Shown: positions 37,801 through 48,163 of the stretch, in pieces
How the letters are laid out: each line of letters opens with the position of its first letter
How positions within the stretch are numbered: position 1 is the stretch's first letter
NCBI RefSeq assembly: GCF_036365525.1
Contig: NW_027142325.1
Coordinates: 62,001 to 126,000 of the forward strand
DNA from: Heterodontus francisci
Taxonomy: Eukaryota
Reading direction: 5' to 3'
Length of the DNA stretch: 64,000 nucleotides
The notes under the pieces: generated by a model
What the model was told of the DNA's origin: nothing
Databases searched by the model: none
The model's input: the letters and a program-made list of their open reading frames with translations, nothing else
Position numbers and translations under genes: made by a program

Positions 37801-40800
37801 TTTAAATACATGTTGTGACCTGTGGAGAAGTGGGACTGAATTAACAGTGCACTCCTCCTGCCTCGGTTATAACATCTTGTTTTAGATTCCCCGCATGGCG
37901 GAAACAATCTCTCAGTGTCTACCCGATCCAGAACTTTCAGAATCATGTACATTTCAATGAGATGCCTCACATTTTTCGAAACTCCAGAGAATGTAGTCCC
38001 AATTTACACAGCCTTTCATCATAGGACAACCCCCTCATCCCAGGGACCAATTTAGTGAACCTTCGCTGCAACCTCTCCAATGCAAGTATATCCTTTTTTA
38101 AATGTGGAGACCAAAAATGCACACAGTGTTCCAGATGTGGTCTCACCAAATCCCTGTACAATTATAGCAAGACTTCTTTATTCCTGTACTCCAATCCCCT
38201 TGCAATAAAGGCCAACATGCCATTTGCCTTCCTAACTGCTTGCTGTACCTGCATGCTATCTTTTTATGCTCGAAGGGTGACAGTATTAAACCTTTTCATT
38301 GTAAATACAACAGTATTAACTTGTCACTGTAAATACTACTGTATTAATCCCTGTCACTGTAAGTTTTTTTATTAGAGTCATAGAAAGATACAGCACCGAA
38401 ACAGGCCCTTCGGCCCACCGAGTCAGCACCGACCATCAACCACCCATTTATACTTATCCTACATTAACCCCATATTCCCTCTCACATCCCTACCTTCCCT
38501 CAATTCTCCTAACATCTACCTACACTGGAGGCAATTTTACAATGGCCAATTTACCTATCAACCCTCAAGTCTTTGGCTGTGGGAGGAAACCGGAGCACCC
38601 GGAGGAAGCCCACACGGTCACAGGGAGAACTTGCAAACTCCGCACAGGCAGTACCCAGAATTGAATTTCTACAGGATTAATCCCTGTCAGTGTAAGGAAC
38701 TATATTATTCATACACTCCAATTGCCATTTTCATTCACAGTCCATACTCTTCGCTTAATTGAGGTCCATCACGATATTTCTGTCCTGCAATCGAGATTCA
38801 CAATTATCCACAGACTTTGATTAATTGTCTCTGCATTGTTGGTCTCTCACCTTTGCTTGTCTCTAATTTGATTTCTTTCTCTTTCTGTTCAGCTGCAGAG
38901 ACTTTCCCCATTGCGATATTGTGCATTCCACTTGGAGTGAAACTCCTCGCCCTTATAGTGATGTGGATTATTTTGTTGAGGGATAAATCCAGGTATGTAA
39001 TATTGCTGGGAGACTCTTGTCTTTAAATGCCTGAAGCTTGATTCATGGGTGAGCTTTGGTGGTGATTCAAACACTTGAGCCATTCTGGTCGATGAACAAC
39101 CACACAGTGCATGTCCAGCAGAGGTCGCTGGATCCCAGCAGGATCAGGAACTCTGGGCAATGTTTCCTTTCCCTATCCCAGTAGCTCTTGGACCAATTGG
39201 AGAGCCCCGACTGCAGCCCAGCTGGGATTGGCTAACTCAGCCCAGACATGGGATGGAAACTGGCCCCTTTCTGGTCTGTATGATTCAGCTCCTCACAGCA
39301 GGAACTTGCTGAGCTATCGGGGACCTGATTAAATCTCCCAGACCACCTGTATTCACTATTGTCTATTTTAATCTGCAAGGTTAAGCCCTCAGGGCATATT
39401 ATGGTTCAAAACTGATTGAGTTGAATTTGATTGCAGTGCTGGGTTATTGACAGTCAGATTCCTGTTCACTTTCCAACCTCAGTCTTTCCCCAAGGCTTTC
39501 TGGAAAACACCAACCACTCACCTCAAGACCCGGAAAAAGAATAAAACACTCTGGGGATTGGCTGCTGTTCAGATGATGAGAATGATGGTTATCACAGTGT
39601 TGAAAATGATTTGCAGTTCCCTTTGACTCAGTTTTTGGTCACCTGTCCTCATATCTCCTCATGTGACTCGGTGTTCCATTTTGCCTGATTGTGTTCCTGT
39701 GAAGCACATGTTAAAAGTGCTATATAAATGCAAGTTTTTGTTCTTGCTATATAAACAAAGTGACTCCTGACATCGCAGCGGTCTGCTGACATAATCAGAG
39801 CGCTCCAAGCTGTGAACATGTGCAAACGGTCGCCTGCGCTGAGATGCTGCACATACTCAGCCTACGTCTTGCCAGGACTAACTGGTGCATGCGAAGGAAA
39901 ACATTCTCCCCCCTCGCCCACTCACTCCCCACTCCTCGCTTCCAGCCACCCTGCTTTCCAGCTGCTCACTCCCCTCTTCCGCCCACCATCCTGCTCTCCA
40001 GCTGCTCACTCCCCTCTTCCGCCCACCATCCTGCTCTCCAGCTGCTCACTCCCCTCTTCCGCCCACCATCCTGCTCTCCAGCTGCTCACTCCCCTCTTCC
40101 GCCCACCATCCTGCTCTCCAGCTGCTCACTCCCCTCTTCCGCCCACCATCCTGCTCTCCAGCTGCTCACTCCCCTCTTCCGCCCACCATCCTGCTCTCCG
40201 GCCGCTCACACCTCGCTTTCGTCCTCCCCCATCCTGCTCTCCGGCTTCTCAGTCCCCTCTTCCTCCCACCATCCCACTCTCCGGCCGCTCGGGGAGTGAG
40301 CAGCCGGAGAGCAGGATGGTGGGGGGGGGAAGTGGGGAGTGTGCAGCCGGAGAGTGGGATGGGGGGGGGGAAGCGGGGAGTGAGCGGCCGGAGAGCAGGA
40401 TGGGGGGTGAAGCGGGAAGTGAGTGAGTGGACAGCGGGATGGCACTGAAACCTCACTGAATTACGGAGGGTGTGCAGCACTGTCAGAGGTGCTGTCCTTC
40501 TGAGAAAGTTTAAACAGTGCAACGTTCTCCGAGTATCAACCAAAACGTCCATTGTCTGCTGTCATGTTTGCTTATGAAATGACAGTCACTGCTCCTAAAG
40601 TAATTCACTTTAGGTGAATTAAGATGACTAGCTACTAAATAACTGGCGCATGCGCAGGAGGGAGGGGAGACTGTTGGGGGTGGGATGGCGGTGGCAGCAT
40701 GACAATATTTGAGTGGATCTTTGGGTTGAAGTTGTTTATCTGTGATAAACAGATAAACCATCATTAATCCTGGCAGCTGCCTGAACGTTGCAGACACTGA

Positions 40801-41102
40801 TGTTACAGTGGAACAGGCTGCATTTTCGCATGTGCTAGTACTGCGCCACCTGATGGTTGCGTTGTCAGCAAACGTCGCCCTTTATAAATGCAAGTTGTTG
40901 TTCTTGCTGAAAACAGGAACAACAATCAGACCCATTGTGTCAGTGTTTAACACTGATAATCTAATCTGTTTTTAAATACATGGGGAATCCTATGTAAACA
41001 GCTGCAGGTTGTATATGGCGGTTCTGAAAATGCTCTTATTTTACTGTTAATATGGCTCATTTTATTTAATCTTGTTTTGTCCCCAGAAAGGAGCAGGACT
41101 GA
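22447..41102 (+). CDS. Siglec-15-related Ig-superfamily receptor, spliced: V-set 1 (22447-22830), V-set 2 (24143-24493), TM with Lys (38893-38992), short tail (41087-41102); leader exon not located
   Basis: Canonical AG/GT sites with compatible phases (1-1, 1-1, 1-2, 2-stop); open frame through all four exons; Siglec-15-like motifs. Confidence 0.8.
24143..24493 (+). CDS. Exon encoding a second V-set Ig domain (Siglec-15-like; essential Arg replaced by Leu)
   Basis: Acceptor tcctttcctcag|, donor G|gtaaga, phase 1-1; [38 protein letters not shown]. Confidence 0.9.
24571..24872 (+). mobile_element. Deu-domain SINE
   Basis: tggctcagtgg / ggttcaag head; gtcctggtcaatatttat..cattgctgtttatgggatcttgctgtg..cagtgactacacttcaaaa. 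Confidence 0.75.
26864..28554 (-). mobile_element. Penelope-like element (5'-truncated RT plus GIY-YIG endonuclease, ORF 27386-28549, with 3' pLTR)
   Basis: MG..YACLF, FFRYIDD, LPFLD, VVYCIRC..LYIGET..R..EH..GLN; flanked by 14-bp TSD tccaccactgacat (26850-26863 and 28555-28568). Confidence 0.95.
26969..27005 (-). ncRNA. Minimal type I hammerhead-ribozyme-like motif in the Penelope pLTR
   Basis: Minus strand AGUU-CCGAAGA-A-GGGUC(ACU)GACCC-GAAAC-AUU-AACU; core is CCGA rather than CUGA. Confidence 0.5.
31794..32012. mobile_element. Non-coding Penelope pLTR insertion forming an 88-bp inverted repeat, with a hammerhead-like motif at 31855-31891 (-)
   Basis: Arms 31791-31878 and 31892-31979, one mismatch, 13-nt loop; 15-bp TSD attaagaaggctaat (31779-31793 and 32013-32027); matches the 3' end of the element at 26864. 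Confidence 0.88.
32270..33025 (+). mobile_element. 3' fragment of the second LINE family, inserted in CR1
   Basis: [32 protein letters not shown]; tail caattagggatgagcaataaatgctggcc..gaatagaaaaaaa. Confidence 0.8.
33405..35765 (+). mobile_element. Degenerate CR1 ORF2, with a HE1-like SINE inserted at ~34572-34855
   Basis: [31 protein letters not shown]; SINE head ggggcggcacagtggttagc. Confidence 0.85.
35987..36825 (+). mobile_element. Solo LTR, same family as LTR 53736-54472
   Basis: tgtca..gtaaca termini with 4-bp TSD cagt; shared internal text, e.g. gccttataattggaaagctgtgaacaag. Confidence 0.88.
36855..37874 (+). mobile_element. Solo LTR of a second family
   Basis: tgttac..ataaca termini interrupting a CR1; related fragment at ~50935-51100. 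Confidence 0.7.
38375..38665 (-). mobile_element. HE1/V-SINE-like SINE (5'-truncated)
   Basis: Same body as the copy at 5985-6284. Confidence 0.85.
38893..38992 (+). CDS. Transmembrane exon with intramembrane Lys: (A)[32 protein letters not shown](R)
   Basis: Long pyrimidine tract, ttctgttcag| acceptor, AG|gtatgt donor; phase-1 entry matches V2; LGVKLL resembles SIGLEC15 LGFKAL; Lys codon at 38940-38942. Confidence 0.88.
39950..40442. repeat. 40-bp GC-rich minisatellite that reverses orientation at ~40290 (foldback)
   Basis: ctgctctccagctgctcactcccctcttccgcccaccatc repeats, then reverse-complement units ggggagtgagcagccggagagcaggatgg. Confidence 0.9.
41087..41102 (+). CDS. Probable terminal coding exon, cytoplasmic tail (R)KEQD*
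   Basis: Strong acceptor cttgttttgtccccag|; phase 2 matches the TM donor; TGA at 41100-41102. Confidence 0.55.
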
Positions 41103-41884
41103 TCCATCGCAGGAGGCTGAGAAACTGAATGTTCAAACCATAATATAAACCTGTTCCACTCGCCCTGCACTGAATCTCATCCAGCAATTTAAACTAGACT
41201 TGCTTTGGTCATCATTCACTATGTGATCCTGGGTACTGAGTACAAAATTCGTCCTGTTAATCAGCTATTCAGCAAGGTTCTGCATCACACTGTGATGATC
41301 ATTTAGACTTAGTGGGACAGTGTAACATGGGTGATAGCGAATCAACAGCCCGATTTAAATCCCTGACATTGGCTGGAATGGAAATAAAAATGGGGAGAGA
41401 TATAAAACAGGCTGCTGATTGGCCGTTTTACACTATCACACAAAGTCCAGATGACCCCGTTACTCTGAATGGAATCTGAATGTGAACATTCTCAATATCA
41501 GTCTGTCTAAATGGCCAGGCTTTATTTATGGTGTAAACAGTGGGAGAGCTCATGGGGCAGAGGTGACTGTGAGTAGGACAGGTTTGAAACCCCAATTATT
41601 CCAGCTGCTTTGCTCAGGGAACTGGCTGCTGTTTCTAGCTCCTCGGCTGTGACGGGAGATTCTGCTGGAGGTCAGTCAGCTTTCAATAACTGATCTCAGA
41701 GTGAATCTGTGCTTTTACTGTCAGTCGATCAAAGTTACATGATGGAGCTGCAATGATTGTGAACACTGTACACAATCCTGGTAGCTCCATCATGTAACTT
41801 TCATGTGCTCTTGTGAAGTTCCTTTGGGACAATTCGCTACATTAAAGGTGTTATATAAATGCCAGTTATCGTTGTTGCTTCTAC

Positions 41885-43020
41885 GAGGTGCTCTTAGTGG
41901 CTGGGAGCTTGGGCGGAGGAAGTCTGCTGAGCTTCAATTCAGACGGACACTGCGGATGGCACTCTGGGCCTCGAGGGCTGGGCTGGAGATTGCACCATTT
42001 GGCCTGGGCTGCAGCATTCTGGGCAGCAAGGGCACTGGCAGAGTGTTTGGGTTGGATGCAGGAATGCTGTCATCATGACAGGGAACAGCAGGCTCCTCTT
42101 CTATGGAGCCACTGCCGGTCTCCCAGTGCCTCAGGAACCCTCACCATCTGCTGGAGAACTGTTGCTGAACTGCTGCATTGATCTGGAATCCCATTTCAAC
42201 AGTGGCACCCAGAGGTATATAATGGCAGCAGACTGAGACTCCAAGGCAGCAGTCTGTGCTGTGTTGGAAGCTCAGATTGGTAATCAGACGCTCCAACAGG
42301 TTGGGTTCCGCCTGGAATGAATGAGCTCCAAGATCTGTGCAAAGCCCTGTGCCAAGGTTGGGGACTGACTCCTCCACGCTCCTTGATATTGTGCCCAAGC
42401 TTTTGGGCAGGATTTCCAGTTTACCGAGTACTTTGTTGAGCACGCCCATCAGCCTTCATCTGTAGCCTGGCTCATCCAAACTCCTCACCTGAGTTGTGTG
42501 CAGCAGAACTGTCTGCAACCTTCCCTCCGGCGAGCTGGCACATATGGGATCCTCCAACTCCACAGCTCCTTGTGCCCGTGTTCCCTCATCTATACTAGCG
42601 TCTGAAGTCCACAGAGAGTCAGTCTCTGAGCTGCGAGAGTGAAATCAAGCAACAGTACTTCATCATCATCCATCTTCTTCCTCCACTGGCTGAACAGATT
42701 CTTCTTTGTGGGAGCTGAAATGAAAAGGCGAAAGGGTTAAGGTTGTGATTTGGTGAGAGGAGTGAGAGTGCGCTGACACCAGCTGCAATGTTTCATTCAG
42801 TCTGAGTGGGATGGGGAAGAAGTGAGGACCGAGAAGGAAGATTAGGTTTACAGAAACCCTGATCATTGATCTCTCCAGCTTCACCAATCACCACAGCTTT
42901 AGTGATGCCCCTTCCCATTCCCAGTATTGCAAGAATTGTCTGTTCCAGTTTCCTGGTGCTGCCTCCTGTTATCCCGCACCTTCTCCCACAAGGAAGAGAA
43001 AGTTCGTTAATGAGTGTTCA
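41885..43020 (-). mobile_element. Possible PIF/Harbinger Myb/SANT-gene remnant
   Basis: Minus-strand fragments KVRDNRRQHQETG / LEQTILAILG and LEILPKSLGTISRSVEES resemble Harbinger accessory proteins; heavily degenerate. Confidence 0.35.
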
Positions 43021-43022
43021 GC

Positions 43023-45100
43023 NNNNNNNNNNNNNNNNNNNNNNNNNNNNNNNNNNNNNNNNNNNNNNNNNNNNNNNNNNNNNNNNNNNNNNNNNNNNNN
43101 NNNNNNNNNNNNNNNNNNNNNNNNNNNNNNNNNNNNNNNNNNNNNNNNNNNNNNNNNNNNNNNNNNNNNNNNNNNNNNNNNNNNNNNNNNNNNNNNNNNN
43201 NNNNNNNNNNNNNNNNNNNNNNNNNNNNNNNNNNNNNNNNNNNNNNNNNNNNNNNNNNNNNNNNNNNNNNNNNNNNNNNNNNNNNNNNNNNNNNNNNNNN
43301 NNNNNNNNNNNNNNNNNNNNNNNNNNNNNNNNNNNNNNNNNNNNNNNNNNNNNNNNNNNNNNNNNNNNNNTGTGTAGATTGTGTGTCTGTGTGTGTGTGT
43401 ATCTGTGTGTATCTGTGTCTGTATATCTGTGTGTGTGGTGTGTGTGTCTGTGTGTGTGTATCTGTTTGTATATCTGTGTGTAGATTGTGTGTCTGTGTGT
43501 AGATTGTGTGTCTGTGTGTGTTTGTGTGTGTGTGTGTGTATCTGTGTTGTGTGTATCTGTCTGTGTGGTGTGTTTGTATATGTGTGTGTGTGGTGTGTGT
43601 GTATCTGTTTGTATATCTGTGTGTGTGGTGTGTGTGTATCTGTTTGTATATCTGTGTNNNNNNNNNNNNNNNNNNNNNNNNNNNNNNNNNNNNNNNNNNN
43701 NNNNNNNNNNNNNNNNNNNNNNNNNNNNNNNNNNNNNNNNNNNNNNNNNNNNNNNNNNNNNNNNNNNNNNNNNNNNNNNNNNNNNNNNNNNNNNNNNNNN
43801 NNNNNNNNNNNNNNNNNNNNNNNNNNNNNNNNNNNNNNNNNNNNNNNNNNNNNNNNNNNNNNNNNNNNNNNNNNNNNNNNNNNNNNNNNNNNNNNNNNNN
43901 NNNNNNNNNNNNNNNNNNNNNNNNNNNNNNNNNNNNNNNNNNNNNNNNNNNNNNNNNNNNNNNNNNNNNNNNNNNNNNNNNNNNNNNNNNNNNNNNNNNN
44001 NNNNNNNNNNNNNNNNNNNNNNNNNNNNNNNNNNNNNNNTGTGTAGATTGTGTGTCTGTGTGTGTGTGTATCTGTGTGTATCTGTGTCTGTATATCTGTG
44101 TGTGTGGTGTGTGTGTCTGTGTGTGTGTATCTGTTTGTATATCTGTGTGTAGATTGTGTGTCTGTGTGTAGATTGTGTGTCTGTGTGTGTTTGTGTGTGT
44201 GTATCTGTGTTGTGTGTATCTGTCTGTGTGGTGTGTTTGTATATGTGTGTGTGTGGTGTGTGTGTATCTGTTTGTATATCTGTGTGTGTGGTGTGTGTGT
44301 ATCTGTTTGTATATCTGTGTNNNNNNNNNNNNNNNNNNNNNNNNNNNNNNNNNNNNNNNNNNNNNNNNNNNNNNNNNNNNNNNNNNNNNNNNNNNNNNNN
44401 NNNNNNNNNNNNNNNNNNNNNNNNNNNNNNNNNNNNNNNNNNNNNNNNNNNNNNNNNNNNNNNNNNNNNNNNNNNNNNNNNNNNNNNNNNNNNNNTGTAT
44501 CTCTGTGTGTGTCTGTGTATGTATGTGTGTGTATCTGTTTGTATATCTGTATGTGTGGTGTGTGTGTTTCNNNNNNNNNNNNNNNNNNNNNNNNNNNNNN
44601 NNNNNNNNNNNNNNNNNNNNNNNNNNNNNNNNNNNNNNNNNNNNNNNNNNNNNNNNNNNNNNNNNNNNNNNNNNNNNNNNNNNNNNNNNNNNNNNNNNNN
44701 NNNNNNNNNNNNNNNNNNNNNNNNNNNNNNNNNNNNNNNNNNNNNNNNNNNNNNNNNNNNNNNNNNNNNNNNNNNNNNNNNNNNNNNNNNNNNNNNNNNN
44801 NNNNNNNNNNNNNNNNNNNNNNNNNNNNNNNNNNNNNNNNNNNNNNNNNNNNNNNNNNNNNNNNCTGTGTGTGGTGTGTGTATCTGTGCGTGTTTGTGTG
44901 TATCTGTTTGTATATCTGTGTGTGTGGTGTGTGTGTGTATCTGTGTATGTGTGTATCTGTGTGTGTGTATCTGTTTGTATATCTGTGTGTGTGTGTGTAT
45001 CTGTTTGTGCGTCTGTGTGGGTGTGTATCTCTGTGTGTGTCTGTGTATGTATGTGTGTGTATCTGTTTGTATATCTGTGTATGCGTCTGTGTGTGGTGTG
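43023..45100. repeat. (TG)n-rich complex microsatellite with N runs and a ~669-bp internal duplication
   Basis: Blocks starting at 43371 and 44040 are near-identical. Confidence 0.9.
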
Positions 45101-45399
45101 AGTTATGGGTGTAACCTTTTCTACAATGCTGAGTGTGAGTGTGTGATGTCAAGCCTGTTCATTGAAGTGTTCAGTACTGAGTAATAGAAATTGTGGGTAA
45201 GTGGGGGATAGGGATGATGTTAATTCAGCCACTGATGTGGCTAGAAGTGCAGCTGTCATTTGAAGTTTGATCTTAACTCAACAACTCTTGTCAGATAATT
45301 GAACTTCATCGACACTGTATCCAGGTACATGGCTCCACATTCCTTGTGTTTAGCTCCTCTGTAATCTCCTCCCCTTGCTTCCTCAGCATGTGCTATGAA

Positions 45400-45762
45400 G
45401 TTTCCCTTCTCCTCAGGGATAGAGGATGCCCCATTCCTTCTCCTGAGGATATCCCTCCTCCACCTCCAGACCACCCATTTCTCCTCAGGGATGGAGAATG
45501 TCCCTCCTCCACCTCCACCTCCAGCCCACCCACTTCCTCTCAGGGATAGAGGATGTCCTTCCTCCACCTCCAGACCACCCACTTCCTCTCAGGGATAGAG
45601 GATGTCCCTCCTCCACCTCCAGACCACCCACTTCCTCTCAGGGATAGAGGATGTCCCTCCTCCACCTCCAGACCACCCACTTCCTCTCAGGGATAGAGGA
45701 TGTCCCTCCTCCACCTCCAGACCACCCACTTCCTCTCAGGGATAGAGGATGTCCCTCCTCCT
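45400..45762. repeat. 49-bp tandem repeat (~7 copies)
   Basis: cttcctctcagggatagaggatgtccctcctccacctccagaccaccca. Confidence 0.9.
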
Positions 45763-46552
45763 CTCCATTTCCGACACCAAGGCCTCCAGTGCAGCATCAG
45801 GGAAACTTTATGTCCGCACTCTCCCAGGCTCAGACATTTGTGATAGGTTTCATTCCACTTCCTCACACCACATCCAGAAGACCAATCCACCTCCTCTTTA
45901 AGAGGTACTGACTATCTTTAAATGGTGTGGGTTACTGGTATAGTAATTGAATATTGAATTGTGTTCAGGTGATGGGCATTAACTGGGGATTCACTTGTCT
46001 TTACATAGGAGCAGACTGAAACTGTGGTAATGGGGATCAGGAGGTGCATGCTTGTAAAACGTATCTTGGTAAATAAAAGCTTACAAGTGCGTAAGGTTTG
46101 GGCTCCAGTTCTATCCTTCAGGACCCAGCTTTCTGGAACACAAGAATGTGTATTTGTGCAGCACAATCTACGGATGTGGGTTATTTGTCGAACGCCATCC
46201 CAACACTCCTCCTCCTCCCCGCTAATCAATTTATCCCCCATAGAGGTTGATGGACATTCTGACAATACTGGAAGCTGATGCAGCATCTGTCCTTCTCACT
46301 TGATGCTGTGGTTTGTCCCTCTTTTTTCCAACAGTTATATAAATATCCCTAGTCTGTTAGTCAGCAACACTTTGCTCTCTTTTTCAAATCAACATGAAGA
46401 GACTTCCAGTTAGCTAGTAAATTCAGGAAGATTTATAAACTGATTGTGGGCAGGTTTCGCAGGAGGTGAAGGAACGCTTTGAGCAACTTCTGTATTTCAG
46501 TTTCATGAGACAAGAAGCAGAGTGAGAAGGACGAAATACTGAAGAGTTGGCG

Positions 46553-46600
46553 ATGGGTTCTCTCTACGTTTGGCTTTCCGCTGTCTTATTGTCGGTCTCG
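46553..46600 (+). CDS. Candidate signal-peptide exon MGSLYVWLSAVLLSVS of a downstream gene (competing reading: 3' UTR of a duplicated tail exon)
   Basis: gcgATGg start, hydrophobic core, G|gtacgg donor; phase 0 is atypical for IgSF leaders and no downstream V exon is in the window. Confidence 0.3.
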
Positions 46601-47097
46601 GTACGGAGTTACAGAAGGTGCTTTCGAATAATAACTGTTCAAATTCATTTTGTTGTTAAAGTCATTGAATGGTTACAGCACAGAAGGAGGCAGTTCAGCC
46701 CACCGTGTCTGTGCTGGCTCGCTGCATGAGCAACTCAGCTAGTCCCACTCCCTTGTCCCGTTCCCGTAGCTTTGTAAATATTTTCTCTTCGGGTGTTTAG
46801 CATTCACTGTGTGATCCTGATACAGAGTACAAAGTTCTTCATGTTAAACAACTCTTCAGCTCGTCTCTGATCACACACTCATTTCAAATGGAATCTGAAA
46901 ATGATCTTTCCCAACCTAAGTCTGTATAAATGCAGGTGGTTATAAATTCTGGTGCAGCCATTTCGGGAAAGCGGGGGCCTCAAGCTACTGCCCTGTGTTA
47001 ATGCTGAGTCCTGAGACTCTCCCAATATTCAGCCTTAAGGTTCTCTATAATGGAGCAGGTGAGGTACAAACAGCAGCTGTACTGAGGAACCTGAGGG

Positions 47098-47285
47098 AGT
47101 GACCGCGGCCCGCGTATCCAGTAGTGACCTCAGTCCATGTATCCAATGGTGACCACAGCCATGTATCCAATAGTGACCACAATCCACGTATCCAATAGTG
47201 ACCTCAGTCCACGTATCCAATGGTGACCACAGCCCACGTATCCAATAGTGACCACAGCCCACGTATCCAATAGTGACCCAGTAAT
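47098..47285. repeat. ~30-bp tandem repeat (~6 copies)
   Basis: cacgtatccaatagtgacc(a/t)cag(c/t)c units. Confidence 0.85.
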
Positions 47286-47310
47286 AATCTCTGGTTGGAC
47301 CTATTCCTGC

Positions 47311-48163
47311 TGTTACAACCTCAAGCTCAAGACAAAGCCCCCAATCAAAATATATGATTCTGATTGCAGTGGGAGAAACATACTTCCGTCCCTCTACAGA
47401 TCGCCTAACATATCACTTTAAACTTTCCAAATTAAAGAAAACCAGAGCCAAACTGACCATCTATTAACTGCCGAATGAGGCTAACCAAACCAGGTGTCTT
47501 TAGATCAACAAATTAACTGTTTCATTAGAAAAAATAAATTCTTAAAACACTAAGATATAAACAACATTTAAAATAGAAAAAAGTATTCTCCTTGCAGATT
47601 TACCCTCCTGCCAAAGTGGAATCTTCCAATGTGGAACTGACCGAGGTTGATTGAAGTCCTCACAGTCGTCCAATGGGGATAGAAAAAATGTCCAACATCC
47701 AAAACATCAACTCATCTTTCATCCGGTGATGGCCTCAGCCAATCAACAACTCGCAAGCACTTCAATTAATCAATTTATTTTAGAATTTTGAGGGGTGAAA
47801 AAGTGATCAGCCTAAAATTCACCTTCCTTCAGTTTAAATTACCAGAGATCTCTGTTCCAATCATGCTGGTCCAGCTGTCTGTCTTAGAACAGTCTATTTC
47901 AAAATAAAAAGCCAGTTCAAACAGTTAATCACAACAATGTATATTTAGCCTCAGTTTCTGAGTGGCTGTATCTGGGGCAACCATGATGCACATTTGAAGC
48001 TAGCTGTTCCACTCTGTAGGGTTGTATCCAACGGCAACTAAAATGCATCTTTTGACTCACAGTCCCCGGAACCTGTTGCCTTAAAGTTGGCCTGATCCTT
48101 TTACAGCCTTAAAGGCACACCGCAAACTTCCCAGAAAAGAAAACAAACTACAGGATCATAACA
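47311..48163. mobile_element. Probable solo LTR
   Basis: tgttac..ataaca termini; near-TSD ctgc/ctgg. Confidence 0.6.

Larger units (their letters stand above)
35767..38265 (-). mobile_element. CR1 3' fragment split by two solo LTRs
   Basis: [16 protein letters not shown] on minus strand; CR1 sequence resumes across both LTRs. Confidence 0.8.

Noticed and set aside
39483-39575. Alternative tail exon after cctcag or ccccaag, with a nearby AATAAA
   Set aside because: The AATAAA would fall inside the reading frame and the acceptor is weaker than that at 41087; cannot be excluded without RNA data
39812-40552. Pro/Ser-rich ORFs suggesting a mucin-like stalk
   Set aside because: Derived from the 40-bp minisatellite, located after the TM exon, and lacking convincing splice sites
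42866-45184. Long Cys/Val- or His/Thr-rich ORFs
   Set aside because: Translations of (TG)n low-complexity sequence and N runs
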